This document shows positions 60,260-64,000 of a stretch of 64,000 nucleotides of DNA, piece by piece. The notes under the pieces are model-generated. The model was not told the DNA's origin. It ran no database searches and worked only from the letters and a program-made list of their open reading frames with translations. How positions within the stretch are numbered: the first letter of the stretch is position 1; every line of letters starts with the position of its first letter. The translations under genes and the position numbers were made by a program. This DNA comes from an uncultured Planctomycetaceae bacterium (GTDB taxonomy: Bacteria; Planctomycetota; Phycisphaerae; SM23-33), in the NCBI GenBank assembly GCA_964607575.1, contig CAZSLS010000006.1, forward strand, positions 16,581 to 80,580, written 5' to 3'.

Positions 60260-62028
60260 GCCTGCGCCCTCCCGGCGCCGCGTTGACGCTTGCGCTGGCG
60301 TTTGCGGCGGGATTTTATCTGCTGGCTGAGCTTCCTGGCGGACCACTGCTGCAGCACGCGCCAATACGGTTTGAATTCGATTCTCCCGGCGCCGGGGCGC
60401 CGCAGGTAGCCCAGGAGCATCCTCAGTCGCCCGGTATGGCTGACGGAGGTACACTCCAGCAGCGACACGTTGAGGCGCATCAGGCCCTGGAACCGCTGGC
60501 GCATGGATATGTGAGCGACACGCTTCAGACCGTCGAGATCGATCAGGACGACGTTCGGACCGTCTTCCAGCGTCCAATGCACCAGGATATTTCCGCTCTT
60601 GAGGTCCCTGTGTACCAGGTTGTTGTCGTGCAGGCGCCGCACCATGTGCCCGAGGCTGCTGAGCACGTTGCGGGCGATGGACTCCTGCTTATCCTCGCTG
60701 AGTTCGGCTAGTTGCGGATCGGCGACATGCGTCAACCGCGTGTGCAGGAACTGGTTGAGGTGCGATGCGGCAACGGTTTCAGTGATCAGGATGCTGTCGG
60801 TCAGAAACGGTCCGGTTCTTTTCTCGATTGCCGCCAGCGGAAGGGCGGTGTCCACGCCGCGGGTCATCATCTGGTGACCGATACGAAACGCCCGCAGCGG
60901 GCGGGAAGCACGAAGACAGTCGAAGATTATCTTCCAGGTCCGCTTGCGGCGGGGACGTTTGATATGAACGTCCAGTTCGACCTCGCCGACCTTCAGACGG
61001 CGCCTCACTACCCGCCCGGAGGGACTGTCCTTGATGATTTCAACCCCGTCGCCTTCAAGCAGCTCCGGTCCTCGGGCCAGCACCTCGCTCCAGCCCTCGG
61101 CGGTAAGTACATGACTTGCGGCGGTGGACCCCGGGGGGCGATGTTTCGATGCCAGTACAACGTACCCTTTCCAGTGTCCGGGTAGGGAGATGTCGGTGAA
61201 ATAGCGATTCTTACCGGTGACGCGGCGGTCTCTGTGCGCGCGATGTTTTCGCGTGTGTCTCCGGGCCATCTGGTCGATAAGGAACTCCCAACCGCGCAGC
61301 GTGCCCCTGGCGCCGCTTTCAGCGAGGTAGTGTTTGAGGAAGCGCAGTCGCTGCGTGCGGGTTGTCGTGTCGCGGCGATCGTGGAGTAGTTGTGCGAGGT
61401 TGGCTGTCCGGGCCAGCCTGGACAGGCGCATGCGGCGCTTGAGGCGGTGCAGATCGGTCATCACGAGCCTCGGGGCGCCTTCCCGCGGGACCACGAGGAT
61501 ATTACCGAGATGCAGATCGCGGTGAATTACTCCCGCCGCATGCATGCGGGCCACCATCTCCGCGAGGGCTTTCGTCGCGCCGGCGATTGCGGGCTTTCCG
61601 GCGTCGCCGGCGGCGAGCTGCTCGTCGTACCACCGATCGCCTGGCAAGGCGCCTTGGACGGCGACTGTCGCGTACCATTCCGGACCGCGGGATGATGCAG
61701 CTAACGGCTCGGGCGTTTCAACTCCCGCCGATCGCAGGTACTGCGCGTAGTACAATTCGCGCGAGGCGTGGCTGACTCCGAGCGTGCGCGCGACGCGATG
61801 GAAGAACGATTGCCCGTGAAAGTGTTTGAGGTAGATATCGGTGCCGCCGACGTTTCCGCGATAGACCGTGCGGGAGGTGTTGTGCTTCACCCGCGTCCAG
61901 TCCGGTTCGCGCGGCGCGTCGAGGGATGCTGTCCGGCCGGTCAGAAGCGCACGGGCCTCGTCGCCGGCGTATGCTATCCGGGAATCGCGTTTCTGCGGCG
62001 GGTTGTCTGGTTTCTGTGGGGCGGGCAT
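60256..62028 (-). CDS. fused tandem lipopolysaccharide kinase (Kdo/WaaP/InaA family) protein, two kinase-like modules + Arg/Lys-rich tail
   Basis: Module 1: VKHNTSRTVYRG...MHAAGVIHRDLHLGNILV...TDLHRLK. Module 2: IKDSPSGRVVRR...LHDNNLVHRDLKSGNILV...IDLDGLK. Tail SRRKRQRKRQRG. Confidence 0.75.
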   Translation of the reverse strand: MPAPQKPDNPPQKRDSRIAYAGDEARALLTGRTASLDAPREPDWTRVKHNTSRTVYRGNVGGTDIYLKHFHGQSFFHRVARTLGVSHASRELYYAQYLRSAGVETPEPLAASSRGPEWYATVAVQGALPGDRWYDEQLAAGDAGKPAIAGATKALAEMVARMHAAGVIHRDLHLGNILVVPREGAPRLVMTDLHRLKRRMRLSRLARTANLAQLLHDRRDTTTRTQRLRFLKHYLAESGARGTLRGWEFLIDQMARRHTRKHRAHRDRRVTGKNRYFTDISLPGHWKGYVVLASKHRPPGSTAASHVLTAEGWSEVLARGPELLEGDGVEIIKDSPSGRVVRRRLKVGEVELDVHIKRPRRKRTWKIIFDCLRASRPLRAFRIGHQMMTRGVDTALPLAAIEKRTGPFLTDSILITETVAASHLNQFLHTRLTHVADPQLAELSEDKQESIARNVLSSLGHMVRRLHDNNLVHRDLKSGNILVHWTLEDGPNVVLIDLDGLKRVAHISMRQRFQGLMRLNVSLLECTSVSHTGRLRMLLGYLRRPGAGRIEFKPYWRVLQQWSARKLSQQIKSRRKRQRKRQRGAGRAQA

Positions 62029-62081
62029 TGCGTGTCAGTGGTTTTTGCAGCGGGCATTATAGGACGGCGGGGTGAGTTTCT

Positions 62082-63128
62082 TCAAGAACGTCCCGAAACA
62101 ACGGTCGAATAGATCGAGCGAAGTGTGGCGGCTGCGATGTCCGGAGCGAACTTCTCAGCGGCCAGTATTGAAGCTTCCCGCCCGAGTGTTTTCCGGAGTT
62201 TCGCGTCTCGGGCGAGGGTCAGCAGGTTATCGGCGGCTTGTCGCATGTCACCGGGCGGCGAGAGCAGAGCGGCGCGCCGATCTGTTGTGCAGTCGGCAAT
62301 TTCCGGACGATTGGTAGCCAATATGGGCAGTCCGCAAGCCATCGCGTCGGCAAGTGCGCCCACGCCGCAGTCGTGGCGTTGGAGAAAGACCGCGGCGTCC
62401 GCGGCGGCAAGCGCGTCAGATGGGCTGAGGTTCCCCGCGGTGAAAAATATCTCGCTGTCGTGCCCGGTCGATCGGGCGAAAGCTTCAATGGCGCCGCGTG
62501 CCGGCCCGCTTGCGGGGAAGACCAACCTGGTCTGATCGGTGATGATGCGGGCCATCGCGTGCGCCCAGCAGGCCTGCTTGTGTCCGTTTGCATGGACCAT
62601 TTCGCCTCCCGCGGCCAGCAGGAATTGCCCGTTATCTATACCGAGTTCGCCGCGGGTGCTGGTGCGCCGCCGGTTGGCGTCGCCATTCGCCTCGGCGATC
62701 GGCGGAAGGACGAAAACACGCTTCGGATCCAGCCCGAGGGCGATCAACTCCCGTCGCTGCGCGTCAGTGGGGACGGTGAGTGTCCAGAGTCCGTCGAAAA
62801 CACCCGATATTGCGATGTCGACCTGGTGGATTCCGCGAAGATGCGACAGCGATAACAGGACGCTCCTTCCTTGGGCGGCCCATCGCGCGGTTTCCGCCGC
62901 CGCGGGCGACCAGGCGTGGAGGAGGTCGGCATCGCCGGTGAGTTTGCGAAGCTGCAGGCTCGCCAGAGCAGCGCTGCCCAGCGGCGCGCGTAGGGAAACC
63001 GTTTCGCGATCGAACTGTCTGACCGGTCCGATCGACACGACGGTTTCGCTCGGGGAGGCAAGTGCGCAGGCCTGTGCGAGCATGTCCGCGGGTGCATCGT
63101 CGCCGATTATGTGAATTGCATGAGCCAT
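62082..63128 (-). CDS. glycosyltransferase, GT-B fold (GT4/group 1-like)
   Basis: ATG at 63128 (MAHAIHIIGDD). C-terminal half FLLAAGG...FTAGNLSPSDALAAADAAVFLQRHDCGVGALADAMACGLPILAT is typical of group-1 glycosyltransferases. Confidence 0.7.
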   Translation of the reverse strand: MAHAIHIIGDDAPADMLAQACALASPSETVVSIGPVRQFDRETVSLRAPLGSAALASLQLRKLTGDADLLHAWSPAAAETARWAAQGRSVLLSLSHLRGIHQVDIAISGVFDGLWTLTVPTDAQRRELIALGLDPKRVFVLPPIAEANGDANRRRTSTRGELGIDNGQFLLAAGGEMVHANGHKQACWAHAMARIITDQTRLVFPASGPARGAIEAFARSTGHDSEIFFTAGNLSPSDALAAADAAVFLQRHDCGVGALADAMACGLPILATNRPEIADCTTDRRAALLSPPGDMRQAADNLLTLARDAKLRKTLGREASILAAEKFAPDIAAATLRSIYSTVVSGRS

Positions 63129-63154
63129 TGGGGCAGCGGTGCTTGATTGTGTCT

Positions 63155-63862
63155 CTAGCGTCTGGGCAAGGCGGAGTTGCTCGAAGGCGTGGATGGATAG
63201 ATTTGGCAGCCCCACCCGTCCCAGTCTATGCGTCCGGGCGCCATGAACTGCTTGTGCGTCGTGGCGCCGGGAGCGAGGGTGGGGATATCGAACTTCTTCT
63301 GCCACACCATCTTCTTGTCCTTATAGAGCTTGAAGTACCCAAGTATGTTTCCGCGTGCGGCGGTCGCCTGGTTCTTGAGCGTGAAGGATATCTGCAGCAA
63401 TTCCAGGTTGGCGTTGGATGGGTCCGCGACCAGGTTCAGGGTCACGTTCTTTGTCGTTACGTCGTAGTTGTAGTGGAGAGCATCGACTTCCTCGTCGCTC
63501 AGCGACGCGTAAGCCTTTCTCAGTTCGTGTTTCATCCCATCCAGTTCCCTCTTGAGCTGGGGGCACCTTGGGCAGCCCGGTGCGACACCGACGTGCCCGC
63601 GGACTTCGGTGTGATGCTTCTGGCGTATGTCCTGGACGGCCTGCATCCTGGTGTCGTCAAATTTCCTTTGAAGGTCATTGAAGTCCCTTACGGCGCCATT
63701 GCGGCTGATCCACGCTACGACCGTAAGTACGACGCTGATCACCAGGAGCGCTCCCAGGATCATCGTGGCGGCCATCAACCCGCCATTACCCGAACCGCGA
63801 AACTGATCGTAACGCCCCTGTCCCGTACCGCGAGTTTGCCCGCGTTGAACGTATCTGGCCAT
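63155..63862 (-). CDS. single-pass membrane hypothetical protein
   Basis: Gly/Arg-rich N-terminus, TM LMAATMILGALLVISVVLTVVAWI, a coiled-coil segment, then a beta-rich C-terminal domain. First gene of the minus-strand LPS-type operon. Confidence 0.5.
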   Translation of the reverse strand: MARYVQRGQTRGTGQGRYDQFRGSGNGGLMAATMILGALLVISVVLTVVAWISRNGAVRDFNDLQRKFDDTRMQAVQDIRQKHHTEVRGHVGVAPGCPRCPQLKRELDGMKHELRKAYASLSDEEVDALHYNYDVTTKNVTLNLVADPSNANLELLQISFTLKNQATAARGNILGYFKLYKDKKMVWQKKFDIPTLAPGATTHKQFMAPGRIDWDGWGCQIYPSTPSSNSALPRR

Positions 63863-64000
63863 GATTGTGCCGCCTTTCGCTATGACTATCGGGAAACGCC
63901 GACGCTGTAATTAGACTCTTAGACGCCCGGGAGGTCCACATGTTTCAGTAATTCCACAGGTCTACTTCGGTTGTCGCTCGTCGAGACGTTCGATGCGCAC

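Noticed and set aside
63962-64000. Possible 3' end of a minus-strand gene running off the window (..VRIERLDERQPK*)
   Set aside because: Only 13 codons are visible. It cannot be distinguished from chance.
1-64000. tRNA, rRNA or other structured RNA genes in the intergenic regions
   Set aside because: The intergenic regions (for example 8884-9024, 16951-17034, 20638-20951, 45585-45676, 51274-51515, 58357-58546) were read on both strands. No cloverleaf-compatible or rRNA-like sequence was recognised. A tRNAscan/Infernal run would be the definitive check.

Overview
GC-rich bacterial chromosomal segment. No rRNA, tRNA or CRISPR array was seen. I support about 47 CDS, one IS element, and a small degraded toxin-antitoxin/mobile remnant. 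The gene content looks like a PVC/Planctomycetota-type glycan degrader (inference): Tat-exported Gfo/Idh/MocA oxidoreductases, DUF1080 domains, a PmoA-like DUF6807 protein, Cys-type sulfatases plus an FGE, GH29 fucosidases, and planctomycete-cytochrome-like CXXCH modules. Layout: (1) 0.6-4.4 kb, a giant secreted propeller/CXXCH/discoidin protein; (2) 4.5-8.9 kb, a translationally coupled corrinoid protein / URO-D-like methyltransferase / DUF1638 / hybrid histidine kinase cluster; (3) 9-11.5 kb, the second propeller/CXXCH paralog; (4) 11.5-17 kb, housekeeping genes (metzincin, pepP, accB, accC, pfk); (5) 17-18 kb, an IS4/IS5-type element inserted just upstream of a glycosidase-like gene; (6) 21-32 kb, two sulfatases divergent from an operon of the third paralog, a tandem GH29 fucosidase, a duplicated PD40 propeller and an FGE; (7) 32-41 kb, a minus-strand operon of two tandem Gfo/Idh/MocA genes, a HEAT+DUF1080 giant, an SGNH-like protein and an MBOAT; (8) 41-51 kb, a GH62/43-like protein, GH29, hydrolase, TIM-barrel isomerase, ankyrin lipoprotein, DUF6807, and the fourth paralog with an NPCBM-like module; (9) 53-58.7 kb, an AT-richer patch with ParDE/DUF6788 remnants, an orphan ThiS-like gene, a HAMP-only sensor and a large palindrome; (10) 58.7-63.9 kb, an LPS-core-type operon (DUF2062, GT9, fused double LPS kinase, GT4). 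The most interesting candidate for an undescribed system is the four-member family of secreted beta-propeller + multi-CXXCH proteins. They carry different carbohydrate-binding modules and are wired into sulfatase/fucosidase and oxidative-glycoside-cleavage operons. The second candidate is the corrinoid/DUF1638 module coupled to a Cys4-PAS hybrid kinase. All family names are recalled from motifs read by eye. No database search was run.
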